This document shows, one piece after another, positions 37,773 through 50,516 of a stretch of DNA of 64,000 bases. Under the pieces are notes generated by a model. It ran no database searches. It was not told the origin of the DNA and was given only the letters and a program-made list of their open reading frames with translations. The position numbers and the translations under genes are program-made. The stretch lies in the NCBI GenBank assembly GCA_001949185.1, contig BDGG01000013.1:1380617-1444616 (forward strand), written 5' to 3'. The number at the start of each line of letters is the position of its first letter. Positions within the stretch are counted from its first letter, which is position 1. The DNA is from Ramazzottius varieornatus (Eukaryota; Animalia; Tardigrada).

Positions 37773-38957
37773 CAGTATACGCACCGATTCCGTGACTTCA
37801 CGCGTAACGTCCAGTTTTCACAAGTAGGAAGCCTGTCGATCGGACGACGACTGCATAGCGAATGTGATCCAATTTTGCCAATATGAAATACACCGACTTA
37901 ATGGTGTACCGTAATTACCAGGGTGCCCAAGCCAACTTGCTACCACCTATAAAGCTGTGGCGTTATAGACTGGATTATTACTCAAGTTCGAAACTAATTT
38001 TCTACGATTCACCAAACTATTTGCGTGACTGGCTAGGAATCGTGAAAAACGTGACTGGCTAGGAATCTGTTCACAATAAGTGGGGATCGATATGAAAACG
38101 TGGAAGGTGCAAAGAGCAAACTGCACCCAACTTTTCCTGTCTTTAGGGCCCTTTCCGAAAACTTCCTTTTCGCTTTTCTTTTGAGGTCCTGTGATACTTT
38201 TATTGAAGATACTTAGGATAGGGACCGAGCTACAAGAATAGTGGTGAAAGGCACGAGTCTACTGTTCAGGACACGAGCAGGAATTTCTGCTGCAAACCAT
38301 CTCTGGGTGTATGTAATCTGACTATGACTCATTTGAAGCAGCCCTAAATGTACAAGAAAAGTGTGTAGGGCAGAGCAGAAAAGGAGCGGTTTGAATTTTC
38401 TCTACCCCAAAGTTCTAGGTGGTAGCAAGTTGGCTTGGACACCCTGTAGGTCAAAACGCGTCAGTCGGAAACAAGAAGTACACTTTCTTTACACCAGCAT
38501 GTACAGTTTCTGATTTACATAGGCCGCCGTTTTTACTCCGCTCTGAGACCTCTGCACAGCAAGTGTCATACGCTAGCCCATACTCCGTGGCCTGCTATCG
38601 TATACTCCGAACGGCGAAACGCCGATTTGCATGTCGACCAAAGTTCATGTCAGATTTCGTCGAACTTTGCGAGCAGTGCTCCTCCACGCGATACTGAGTC
38701 ATGATACCAGAACGTAATTGAATATGCATACTGCTAATTTCAGCAACATGGATGTCGGTTTTGTCACATCTGCGAACTCGAAAAAAATGGTATCGATGAC
38801 TCCGTTTGATGGTGTTTGGAGCGAAAAAACCTTGCCGTTCGTCGGACGGGTTCGATCAACGGGAAATTTCAGCGTTCTGAATTGTTCTGCGATGATTTGG
38901 TAAAGGCTCCACCGGAAGTTAGTGTCGTGTTTACAACGCGAATGTAACGTTGGAAAA

Positions 38958-41279
38958 ATGCAAGCTGGATTTTACAGGTGTGTAGCTTTTTCGTTGATAG
39001 CATCATTTTTCTTTGTAGTGACTGTTTTGTGGGGATGGACAAGCCTCCAATATTCAAACGGATTACAGCAGCCCGAAGTGGGTGGCAGAAGCAAGTATGC
39101 TGAAGCAAGAAGAAAGCGTCAAGCTTATTCTCAGAGCCGCCCGCACAATGGAACTATCAACTGGGAGCCAGTATGTAAGTTACATCGAGCCCGAACACTC
39201 ATTGATCAATTTTGAAAATAACTTCAAAACGGACAGTTACGATATTGTCAGACTTCCGATACTTTCCTGGTATCGGTTTTTCCGCATAAGTATCCCTGTC
39301 TTGAATAATCAACGTTTCTACAACCAGCGTATATCGCCATTGTCCACCATAATCGCTGTTATGTAGATGGTAATCATTCACGTACCATAAGTCCGACCCA
39401 CGCAAGACCATCTGAAAACAACGACAAACTTCGCTCTTCTCATCAGCGTCAACGCCTGTTACGCAGAAAGCAGGAAAATTACCCACACTATTTGCAAGAA
39501 CACAAAAGAAGAGCATCATTTCGGGATCAGAATGGCAACGACCGGCAAAAGTCTTCCATCGGCAAAAGTGATACAATACTACATGACAATACCCGAGTAC
39601 TCGTAGACAGGTTTTGATTTTTCAGGTCTATTTGAAGAAGCTACTGAAACTGACTGGGACAATCACTTCCAACAACGGGAGGACCGCAGTAAGGGAGAAC
39701 AAGAACGACCAGGCGACGACGTAGACTGGGACAAAGGTCGCGACACGAGCGCCAAAGACTATGGCGATCACAGAAATTGGGGCAGCCCGAGACATGATCC
39801 CCACAGTCAACAACACCATGATAGACCGAAAGACTGCTGTGTCGACCAAGTGAAAACTTTAAAGAAATGCATAAAGAAGCTAGCTCGTTGGTACATCAAT
39901 GGCAACCATTACGCCATTCGCCGAACCCTCAGTCCTCCTACTGATTCGAGTGAAGGAAATAAAAACGAACTGACGGTTGAACAATGCCAAAAAGTCCTAT
40001 GCATGCGCGACCCAAAACCGCGTCCACCGAAACCATGCACTACTCGAACAACGGAGGCACCCGCAAGCAGCACTACACCTCACACGAAAACCATTCCAAC
40101 AACTCAGTCGACAATAACCACCCCGAAAAGCCCCAGTACTACCGCGACAAGCCCGGACACTACCACGACAACTCCCAGTACTACCGCGACAAGCCCAGAC
40201 ACCACCACGACGACTCCCAGCACTACCACGACAACTCCCAGTACTACCGCGACAAGCCCAGACACCACCACGACGACTCCCAGCACTATCACGACAACTC
40301 CCAGTACTTCCACGACAACTCCCAGTACTTCCACGACAACTCCCAGTACTTCCACGACAACTCCCAGTACTTCCACGACAACTCCCAGTACTACTGCGCC
40401 AAGCCCGGACACTACCACCACAACTGGGTACACCACACCCCCGAAACGTCCAAGCTCACAAAAGAGACTACCACTCCCGAAACGTCCAAGCTCACAAAAG
40501 AGACCACCACTCCCGAAACGTCCAAGCTCACAAAAGAGACTACTACTCCCGAAACGTCCAAGCTCACAAAAGAGACCACCACTCCCGAAACGTCCAAGCT
40601 CACAAAAGAGACCACTACTCCCGAAACGTCCAAGCTCACAAAAGAGACCACCACTCCCGAAACGTCCAAGCTCACAAAAGAGACTACTACTCCCGAAACG
40701 TCCAAGCTCACAAAAGAGACCACCACTCCCGAAACGTCCAAGCTCACAAAAGAGACTACTACTCCCGAAACGTCCAAGCTCACAAAAGAGACCACCACTC
40801 CCGAAACGTCCAAGCTCACAAAAGAGACCACCACTCCCGAAACGTCCAAGCTCACAAAAGAGACTACTACTCCCGAAACGTCCAAGCTCACAAAAGAGAC
40901 CACCACTCCCGAAACGTCCAAGCTCACAAAAGAGACCACCACTCCCGAAACGTCCAAGCTCACAAAAGAGACCACCACTCCCGAAACGTCCAAGCTCACA
41001 AAAGAGACTACTACTCCCGAAACGTCCAAGCTCACAAAAGAGACTACTACTCCCGAAACGTCCAAGCTCACAAAAGAGACCACCACTCCCGAAACGTCCA
41101 AGCTCACAAAAGAGACCACCACTCCCGAAACGTCCAAGCTCACAAAAGAGACCACCACTCCCGAAACGTCCAAGCTCACAAAAGAGACCACCACTCCCGA
41201 AACGTCCAAGCTCACAACAAAACAGATCACGACGCAGTGCGTCAGAGGTCCTGGTAAACCATGCAAAGATGGCGATTAA
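38958..41279 (+). CDS. Mucin-like Thr/Ser/Pro-rich protein with N-terminal hydrophobic segment; apparent 1-nt frameshift at ~40438
   Basis: MQAGFYRCVAFSLIASFFFVVTVLWGW signal/TM, RRKR site, introns at ~39172-39367 and ~39597-39625, Cys-containing segment, TPSTSTT repeats, then TTTPETSKLTKE repeats in a shifted frame. Confidence 0.65.
40131..40420 (+). repeat. 21/42-bp coding tandem repeat (TPSTSTT / TPSTTATSPDTTTT)
   Basis: Repeated CCCAGTACTTCCACGACAACT units. Confidence 0.9.
40440..41216 (+). repeat. 36-bp minisatellite, 21 full units plus 1 partial
   Basis: CCCGAAACGTCCAAGCTCACAAAAGAGACYACYACT, varying only at the two Y positions. Confidence 0.97.
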
Positions 41280-42909
41280 TCCACTATCTCGTTTGGCTCG
41301 CTAAGTTCAGTTTGTTTCTAATAAAGTCGACCTGTAAAACCAGCCTTAGCTTGACATCCTTCATAATATCTTTCGGGTTTAACCATACGACTGGCATCCT
41401 TTTATTTTAGTAGACCATGAGGTTGCTCCTTGTGAGCGGTACAAAAAGTGGGAAACGCACTTGAAATGGATGGTTTACAAGAAGGGGAAAACACACTTGA
41501 AATGGATGTCTGCCAGCTGGCCTTCCATCTGGTACTGAGTCTATATTGGAGGAAATGCTTCCCTGCTCGTGCAAATTTTTTATTAGTTTGCTCCTTTGTA
41601 ATGGAACATGTGCGTCGTAGCCTTGTGGACACAACGGCTAATCAATAGTTTGCACGAGAGGGATGAATTTTCTACGCTGTGGATCAACATATGGCTGCCA
41701 ACCAGAAACATACATATGTAGTATGAAGAATGGAGGCAAGCAGTAGCGTGCCCGAGGGATTATTACAATAGCGGTAACATACTCAGAGTAGAAATCCGAC
41801 AAAGTACGTGGTACAGACAGAAGTGGTCATGGTGTGTTTTTGGTTACGGTGTCACGACGCTATAGCCTAGACTTCTTGTAGTTCGGATTGCAAGTCCGAT
41901 GTACATGGTACAAGATGCTCGTAATGTGAGTTAAGAATCTACAGACGCAAAAACGAACTCGTTCCAACCTGGTCCAGAGAGACAGAAACCAATCACAATC
42001 GCTAAACCATTTTTATCTTCAGGGGAACCGATGCAAGTTCTCCAAAGTCGCCACTTGTGCTCTACTGGATAACATCCTGTTGAATATCTAAGGTCTAGCT
42101 ACAGCAATATCTGGGTTTTGGCGGCCCAGTTTTGATACGAACTTTTTTGCTTTCATAATGCACTTTTTTTACATCAGATTGTTGAGAATACTCAAGCGCA
42201 TCACGTGGTACAGCCGCCACGCTTCGCCACGGATAGAAGTTTCACACAGCTGTTCGACCTTTTGAGAAGATTTTGCCGAAAATTTAAGGGGTGATTAGTA
42301 GCTGAAGCATCCCCACAGGGGGTTTATTGTCAGAACCGATGCAGTCGCACATTCGGGCTGTATGACGTCGTGGTAACGTCGAAACTTTGTCAGTCGAAAC
42401 TTCGAATTACTTCAGAGTTTTCTGACGAAGTCATCTGACCAGTGGTCAGATGGCCAAATGAACTCCAGCATTGTGTTCCTCGATGTCTGTTACACCAGAC
42501 TGCATCTGCAGTTTAACTTTGCCCTTGGGGACCCAAAACTTCAAACTCATTTCCTCAACAATCAGCCTGGCGAATGTTCGTATTAAAATCGGGCCGCCGA
42601 AACCCAGCTACTCAGCTGTAGGGCGATTAATGCTGGCTGGTCATTGCTACAGTATGCAGTCTCTTCCAAACACGCGCTCTCAAGCAGCTGTGGGGACCAA
42701 CGGAGGTTTTAGATTATGATCAATTCCTTGTTCCGTGAGCGATTCAAGTGCGGATTATCCAGTTCAAACACCTCACCTATTAGTTTCGCACTTAGTGTAT
42801 TCCGCTACGTACGTTCTACGTTGCAAGGTGGCTGCGTAGCTTTCTGAACATGATTTTGAGCGCCGCTTCGTCGTCTGCACTTCTGAACATGGTCTTGTTA
42901 TATTCGGTA

Positions 42910-43073
42910 CACGTGCCTGGCCTAAATGTGGGGATGGACAAAAATATGGAGAACGGAGCGAAAGCGAAACGGGCCAGCTGTGGTTGACCAATCAACTAAA
43001 TCAATCAAAACAGAATCGCTTTCGCTCCGTTCCCCATATTTTTGTCCATCCCCACATTTAGGCCAGGCGCGTG
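42910..43073. mobile_element. TA-flanked MITE with ~58-bp near-perfect TIRs, just upstream of the GR-like gene
   Basis: CACGTGCCTGGCCTAAATGTGGGGATGGACAAAAATATGGAGAACGGAGCGAAAGCGA and its reverse complement. TA on both sides. Confidence 0.92.
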
Positions 43074-43224
43074 TACAGGAAAAGTTCTGTTTTGTGCATC
43101 CCTAGTGTAGCCTTCAACCTAGCCTGTCGCGTTCTCGAGGCCTTCCCTGAATATCCTACTGAAGGTACAGTTAGTCGAGCCTTAGCAAGGGCTGTCATCG
43201 ACAAGTGCATTCCTCAGATCACTA

Positions 43225-44969
43225 ATGGCGTCCCGTGCTCCTGGTAAGATCACTTCGCCGCGATGGCTATTGAGATCCGTTCAACAACAAGCAACATCTG
43301 TCGGCGTTTCCAAGCCTTCGCACATCAGACAGGTGTTCCAGTTGCAGTCAGCTGTGCTTCGAGTTTTCGGACTTTGGTCTCGACCCGCCCAGCTGACCAC
43401 CTGCCACATTTCCTCGCTCCACCGACTCCTCTTCCTTATCCTGGTTATTCCCGCCACACCCATCTCGCTGTATCTTGTCCTACGTAGTTTGGCCGCCTTG
43501 AAAGAAGAAGACAAGTCCAGCCCGGAAGCGCGGCCTGTCGTTCATGCTTTAGCCATGGTGCCCAATATTGCTGTTGCCCTTCGCGGCATACTGATCTTAG
43601 TCTTCTTGGCCATCACTAAAATTGACTTGGCTAGCATGTGCGACGAGCTGAACAACGTAGTGTGCATGAGCTTGAGCAGATCCGAGGTGGGTCGCAAGAT
43701 CAGAAAGTGGACTATCTGGAACGCCGGTATTGTGCTGTACTGCGTAGGGGCGTTCATACCAGTGTGTACACTATCCGCTGTCCATACGGCGCAGCTGTCA
43801 AACCAAACCTTCACTGGTGATCTGGTGCTTAAGCCGTTTCACGGGACAGTAAAGATGTGGCTCTACGTCTTGTTGGAGGCCTTGTTCTCCTGGTTGCCCT
43901 ATCTGTTGTCGCATTTGATATTGATCACAGCAACGACATGCAGTATTGTCCTGTTTGATTGCTGTAAGACTGTCAATGCCAATTTGCATCGGCTGGAAGC
44001 AAACGCGGCTGTTCTGTGCACCGATAGCATGATGAAAAAGCTACAGTACGAAGAACGGTGTTCAGGTACGGAACCTCTGAAATGTATCTCTCGATGTTTT
44101 CATCTTCTCCTAACTAAGTGCCCCAAGATGTTACAGGTGTTTGTTCGGAGCTGGATGCATTGGCCGGAGAGCTGGAAGACCTTATGAGGACCCGCGCCGC
44201 CATATTCCACTTTATTGAGCGGCTGAACCATAGCCTTGGCTTTGTCTTCTGTCTCTCATATCTGGTGGACATAGTGGCTTCCGGTGGAATGTTAGCAGTA
44301 TTGGTGACAAACGAGGAACGGACAGAAGTAGCTTTTCCGACCAAGCTGGTTGGCACCATTGTCTTCATCACTTACGCAACTTTCCCATATGTTCCCATGG
44401 TCATGGTCACCGAAGCGGTAAGTAGACTAATTTCGACCTCGTCTAAAATAAGGGGCGGTGATCGATATTCTGTTAATTTTCGATAGGCGGATAATGCAAA
44501 CTACATCCTGTATCAAATTACGATCAAAGCCTACTCCCTCATTAAACGTCAGCTGGTAAAAGACTCACTTTCCCGCTCCCAGTCTACTGTAAATAAACAC
44601 TGTTCATTGTGGTTCGTCTGTTTGAAGGGTACGACACTGAACCTGATTTTGGGGGATTTCCGCATGATGATGAACATGTTCCCCATCCACTTCACCGCGG
44701 CCAGGATATTTCACATCGATCGGAATTTTTTAGTAGCCGTACGGGCTTACTTTTTCCACCAACTCATTAGTCGACGTCGACCATACGCGTGCGTATTTGT
44801 GTTTTTTCAGACATTCTCATTCCTGTTTACATTCGCAATACTGTTGGAAGAGCTGCTCGGGCAGATGAGCGTCAAGGCCTTGGTGGCGTCCTCCACAAAC
44901 ACGAGCGCTCTTTTGCAAGCCGTGCTGAATTCGACAAACGCGTCCACCACTGAGCTGCCCGAAAACTGA
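43225..44969 (+). CDS. Gustatory receptor-like (7tm_7 / GRL) chemoreceptor
   Basis: Multiple TM segments. C-terminal IHFTAARIFHIDRNFL...FTFAILLEEL (GR TM7 region). Three phase-0 introns near the 3' end (~44418, ~44556, ~44739), typical of the GR superfamily. Confidence 0.78.
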
Positions 44970-45809
44970 TAGTATCATTCTCTTCCTTGTTCGCGGTGCT
45001 CGTACCATCGTTACGCATCGTCTGCTGTTGCCATCTCGTTTGATTTGATTGTACAGTATTTCGTTCCATCTATGAGGTACGCATGTTCCCCCTGTTCGGA
45101 ANNNNNNNNNNNNNNNNNNNNNNNNNNNNNNNNNNNNNNNNNNNNNNNNNNATGTTACATACATGAACCATACATGAACCCTTTATGGAACATTCATGTC
45201 CGATAGACATATATGTCACATATATGAACCTTTACTGAACCCAAAATGCACCCAAAGTTCTCTGTAGCAAACCAGGACAGATCCCAAATGTTAAATGGTC
45301 GGTACAATGGATCGGAGGCTCTTCCGAACAGGGTCCCAGCTGTGAGCAATTCGAACCTGTTTATAATCGCCCCAATCGTATTTGTCCAACTAGAGCTGTG
45401 CTGCCGGAAGGTAAAATGCCACACCCTGCAGGCATTTTGTCTAGATCTTTTTACGATCTACAAGTAGGAAATGCAACCGTCAAGCTCAACATAATAATTA
45501 TTTGGATCGGCTCTGTTACAGTAACAGTGAAAATTGTGTGTAGCTATTATTTATGTTTTAAATAAAAAATAACGTCACGTGTTTTTGCAAGCGAAACGGC
45601 GTGAGCCATCTTTAAAGACCGGGAACATAATCTTACAGTACGTGTGTAAAAATTCGAAGACGATGATACTTCGGCCGAGCTCCATCTGGTGTCTACCGGT
45701 TCTGGTTGCATCCTGCACAGCGGCACTTGTTGCCAGTGATTTAGTAAGCAAGTTATAATGGGTCCTGTAACCCACCGGAGGAGGCAAATTATTTTTACAC
45801 TTTTCCAGG

Positions 45810-46453
45810 ACATCGCCAATGTGTTGGAAGAAAGGAGCGCAGCCATCAATCGGAGACCGTTTGCATATCCACCAATCGCATCAACGAATAACTATCCCGT
45901 TCTGCAGGTGCCTCCTGTATGGGAAGCTTTGGATGTATTGCGGGGACGAAAAGCTCTTTCAGCTTACGAGATCCAAGTACTGCTAGCTGGGGCAGTACCA
46001 GTTGTAAACTATCCGGCTTTCGACACCTTTCCCTCCGGTACGAGCTTCGACTGCGCCAGTGTCAACCAAAGTGGGTACTACGCCGATGTTGAAACGCGCT
46101 GTCAGGGATTCCATCGGTGCGATGTATATGGACGCCGATCAGCGTACCTCTGTCCGAACCAAACGGTAATTCAGATGGTTTTCCAACTGCAGTCACTGTA
46201 CGTAGAATAGCCCACTTGAACCGTGATTTTTATCTATATCTGTCAATTGTTGCAGGTCTTCAACCAGATTACGCTTGTATGCGATTGGTTCTACAACGTT
46301 CAGTGCGACAGATCGCTAGAATTTTACGATTACTCTAACTCGAGGCTGTATCACGAAGAGTACCAATGGGTATTACTAGATTTTCCCAATAATCGTCCTC
46401 TTCACTTTCTAAAGCTTCGTAAAATCCGGAGTAATAAGAGCGCAATCGTTTAG
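45810..46453 (+). CDS. Single chitin-binding type 2 (CBM14, CPAP1-like) protein; 5' exon(s) not resolved
   Basis: TSFDC...GYYADVETRCQGFHRC...YLCPNQT|VFNQITLVCDWFYNVQC with six conserved Cys. Intron 46166-46255. Confidence 0.85.
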
Positions 46454-46466
46454 TTTTACATAGAAT

Positions 46467-46744
46467 ATAGGAGGCTCGGCGATGCTGAAATAAACCGCTT
46501 TAGCCGTTCTTAGCCTTGGCTAAAGCAACTAAAATACTTTTAGCCACGGCTAAAATGTATTGTGCTTTCGATTGATTTATTGATGTTGAGTCGACTACAA
46601 TAGTTTTGGCATCAATAAATCATTCGAACGCCCAATACATTCTAGCCGTGGCTAAAAGTATTTTAGCTGCTAAAAAGTAAACTAGTTTTAGCCACAGCTA
46701 AGAACGGCTAAAACGGCTTATTTTAGCTTCGCCGAGTCTTCTAT
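46467..46744. mobile_element. Foldback-type MITE, whole element palindromic (~278 bp), with internal TTTAGCC/GGCTAAA repeats
   Basis: ATAGGAGGCTCGGCGA...TCGCCGAGTCTTCTAT ends. Arms pair almost to the centre. Confidence 0.88.
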
Positions 46745-48582
46745 GATATAATACAGAAGCCAGAAGCCAGAACTTGTCGTTCATATCCATCTCTTCCTGT
46801 AAGTTTTCGAAGTTTGTCAGGTGCGGTTCCAGATTATCATTTATCCTACGTGAACATAGCACAGGAGCGTACCTGCGACTGTTGAGGACATTATTAGCAA
46901 CTCGTCCTCAAGGGCCTGGACTTCATCACAGACTCAGAAATTTTCGTTAAACCGACAGGGACTGCTGTGTATACTGGCCCTACCGTATTCCATCATCACC
47001 TTTTTTCAGCGAAATTTTCTGCCTGGTCGAAATGAAACGATATCGCGAGATCAGTGCGATAAAGAAGAGGCCGCTCACAGTAGTATGCAGCAGATTTACT
47101 GTAGTTGGAGTTGAAGTGTTGTGGAACGTGGAAGAAAGCACACCAACGAGTACCAACGGAAACAGTTGTGACCGCAGACCGCTTGATCTGTGCGAACCCA
47201 ATCATCTCCGTAGATTCACGCCGATACTGCAATTTCGTCTTTTGCTGCGGTGAAGGATGCTGCGTTGCAGTTCATGTGCGACGAGTCTCGATTTCAGAAA
47301 CTGCCAGTCCAGCGCTCATCGCTGACATGCTTGGGCCGTGTACATTTTCTCGACTGGATCGTTGTTAGTGACGAGATCGTTATGAAAAACTACGTAGACT
47401 TTCTGAACGCTTGAAAAAGCTAGTTGGTGTAGTAAGCGAAATTTCAATCAACCCCACAGTAAACCGAAATATAGCGACGAACCAGCGTTCACAAAATACG
47501 GTGGAGAATGCGATCAACCAGCAATCGCAACCTCGCTAGTTGCTTTCGAGCTTTGCTTTTCATCTGCGATTTTTATTCGCGCCATTTCTCTCTTATCGTC
47601 CCAACAAGACGGATTGCTTTCCCTTTTGCTCTCGTCCAAGGCCATCACAACAACCCTGACTGGATCAAACTGATCATTCGGAAGCTCCATCTTCACATCG
47701 GAAGAGATAAGGAGAAAAGTGACAACTCGGTGGAGAGATAAAACGCATGATCAGTAGCACTCTCCAGTGCTGGGTAGAAAGCTACTAGCCTTTTTTGGCT
47801 AGTAGCTCTGGTAGGCGCTTTATAATGGAGTTGGTTGGCTACGCTGGTTGCCTACCCTAACGCGTTCACAAAGTCGACATAGTCGGCGACGAGGTTAGAT
47901 AAAACGGGGTTGAAATGACTCATCGCATAATTTTTCGGCTTTGTGAACGAGTTTTGGGTTGTTATGAGTAACCCACCGCTGGGTTGAACATAATCGCCTT
48001 TATGGACGCTGGTTCATCATAATCCTCATAACGACCTAGTAGCCTACCACTAAATGAACACGGCCTTGGTATGGCCTTCCTGCCTCCTGGCCTGTGCACA
48101 CCAGCCCGACCTATGGTGAGCCGCACGACTCAAAAGTCCACAGTACTTTCACCGCGGGTGTACGCGCGGAGAAACTAGTTCTTCCGTCCACAAACAAGGG
48201 GAACTTTTTCGGTCTACACATCGCTTCGAAGTTAGTTAGGACAAAAGATTTGTCTACATGCGGCAAAAATACCTTTAATTTTATGAATATACCGGGAAAC
48301 TCGGAAAGTTTCCTCTCACTGAGCCACTGTTAAGTGCTGGTACCGCAAAGTCGCAAACTGGTCTTTTCGGCTTGCGAAAGGTGAACCAAGTTATTAATTT
48401 TGACATACGAGATACGTCAAAACAGATTTCATTGATTTTGGTGAACGGGCGTTGCTAAGTTGCTGGGTAGCGTTTTACAACGCTCGATTTCCGTTCATCC
48501 TCCCCTTCTCTTTGGAAAAGTCGCGTACGTACAAAAGGTGCCCACTGTATTGCCGGCGCATTTTACTCAAGAACAAAAAGTT

Positions 48583-48654
48583 TTCCCATGCGGGGAATCG
48601 AACCCCGGCCGCCGCGGTGAAAGCGCGGAATCCTAGCCACTAGACCACATGGGA
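48583..48654 (-). tRNA. tRNA-Glu (anticodon TTC), identical to the 24310 copy
   Basis: Exact reverse complement of 24310-24381, with a downstream T-run. Confidence 0.97.
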
Positions 48655-48835
48655 TAGCCAATTGATAATGCCTTGAAGTTATGCGTTATAAATGTAATAT
48701 CTCTACAAGAAGATTATGCCTGTGCGGATGTCCCAACAGTCAAACCGTCCCGACAGACGATAGAAAAGAGTGTCTTCTATGTATCGTTGATATGATCTAG
48801 GTAGCTAATTCCCTCTACGATCCCGCAATGAACTA

Positions 48836-49100
48836 CTGTAAATATTCGCTGCGCCCGCGCCTACGTCATCGTGCAGGTAAAGTACAGCCCCGGTCCCGTT
48901 TTACTATCTGTTCAACCCCCTTCGGGGTTGCATCGGTACACAAGTGTACGGACTGCGCCGACGCAGCGAATATTTACAGTACTGAACAAATTTGCTGCGT
49001 CCGCCCAGTACGTGCACGTACGTGACGATGCACCCCCGTGGGGCTTGAACAGGCAGGAAGCCGGATCAGGGCTCTACTTCGCTTGGAGCCGATGATAACG
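48836..49100. mobile_element. TA-flanked MITE (48836-48979) followed by an inverted degenerate second copy
   Basis: TIR CTGTAAATATTCGCTGCG / CGCAGCGAATATTTACAG. Same family as 34555-34699. Confidence 0.85.
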
Positions 49101-50516
49101 TATTTGAATCAATACGATGACTTGGCTAACTTCCCTGTCACGCTCTTTTCAAGATATCAAGTTTAGCTGGACTTCACCATAATCAAACCTAACCCCAGTC
49201 AAAGTTCACTGTCCCTGCGGAACTTCGCTCAGTGTTCCTCAGGACTAATGTAGCTTGGTGTTCCATCTCTTTAGTGAACATATTCTAAGCTTCAGTAATA
49301 TACTGTAATGCTTCAAAAACTTCGCGAAACACGTTGTCATACGTGCGAAACATCCCTTAGGGGGTTGTTAGGGCAAAATTTTCGGACCGGAGCTCAACTG
49401 CACGCGTATGATGGCGTGATTGGCGGAGTTCATGAAGCATTACAGTATAGTATCTTGTTGGTCACTTCGGTGTTCCCATCCGCTCATTATGTAAACCAGG
49501 TCATCATTCAGTGTGAGGGTTTCCGCCGAAGCCGTAGAGGTAGCAAGAGGTAATATATGGGACTCGGAAGTGACGTCCATTGACCGCTCCAGTATGCTGC
49601 GATGATGACCAAACAGCGTGCCGATACTAAGCTCTGTTTCATCTACCGATGGGTGGTACTCTTAGCCTCCTGGCCAACCCATCCAACATTTGTTATGGAT
49701 TCTTTTACGGCCATATTTCTTAGTTCGCGAGGCGGGTCAACTTGGCCGTTTTAGAAAGTTAAGATCAGCTTTCGATCATCCCGCTACGGGGGAAGATCAA
49801 CAGATAGGATCTCTGGTCCTCAGTATGTACGATCCTCCACACAGTCGTACNNNNNNNNNNNNNNNNNNNNNNNNNNNNNNNNNNNNNNNNNNNNNNNNNN
49901 CCATCGGTAGATGAAGCAGAGCTTAGCCGAAGATGCGCTAGAAGTCCGAATCCGAACAGCTAATCGGCTGAATTGCAACCTGTTAAAACTCCCAATTAAA
50001 AAGCTTACGTCACTGAAGTAGTTCAGGTCCGTCACTTCCGAGTTCTGTAGATTATTCCAGGATCGTCGGGGATCGAGACTATAGACGAGACTGTATAGAA
50101 TCATTTTGTCGGGACAGTTTGACTATCGGGACGTCGAGGCAGGCATAATCCCCTTGCCAGTCTGCAATGGTTACATAACAGCGTGTTATTTTGAGCCACA
50201 GCTTACCCACGATCCTCCTACGTTTCCGCTGTCAAAACAGCCACTAAATTCTCAAAGACGCCTATACCAAATGAATACCCAGGAACAAAATCTCGTGCTA
50301 TTGCACCTTTCGATCCTATTTTATTCGCCAGAACTTCGTCCGGCCCCAGAACTCTCCAGCTATGATATCAGGTAATGCTGGAGGGAAGTCCACGATGCTT
50401 AGAAGAACAGCGACTAAAACATTCTCCAACAGCGAAGCGAAAATCCACCACCGTATGAACCTCCAGCAAGCGATTTAAAATGATGAATACACAAATTATA
50501 CACACTGCCAACAGGT

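Noticed and set aside
38025-38067. 18-bp direct duplication CGTGACTGGCTAGGAATC
   Set aside because: Isolated micro-duplication with no further structure.
40440-41216. 36-bp repeat array as a possible CRISPR array
   Set aside because: Units are contiguous with no unique spacers, no cas genes are present, the context is eukaryotic, and variation is synonymous in a coding frame.
40104-41266. Minus-strand Val-rich ORFs (110 and 284 aa)
   Set aside because: Antisense shadows of the Thr-rich repeats; open only because of composition.
41400-42130. Cys-rich fragments and a short direct repeat (CACTTGAAATGGATG x2), possibly a viral or env relic
   Set aside because: No continuous ORF or recognisable motif.
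47770-48050. Degenerate palindromic segment (GTTCACAAAG / CTTTGTGAAC)
   Set aside because: Likely an old MITE; boundaries cannot be supported.
49627-49926. ~26-bp inverted repeat (CTAAGCTCTG.TTCATCTACCGATGG) flanking an N gap
   Set aside because: One arm begins exactly at the gap edge, so it could be an assembly artefact; the element cannot be defined.
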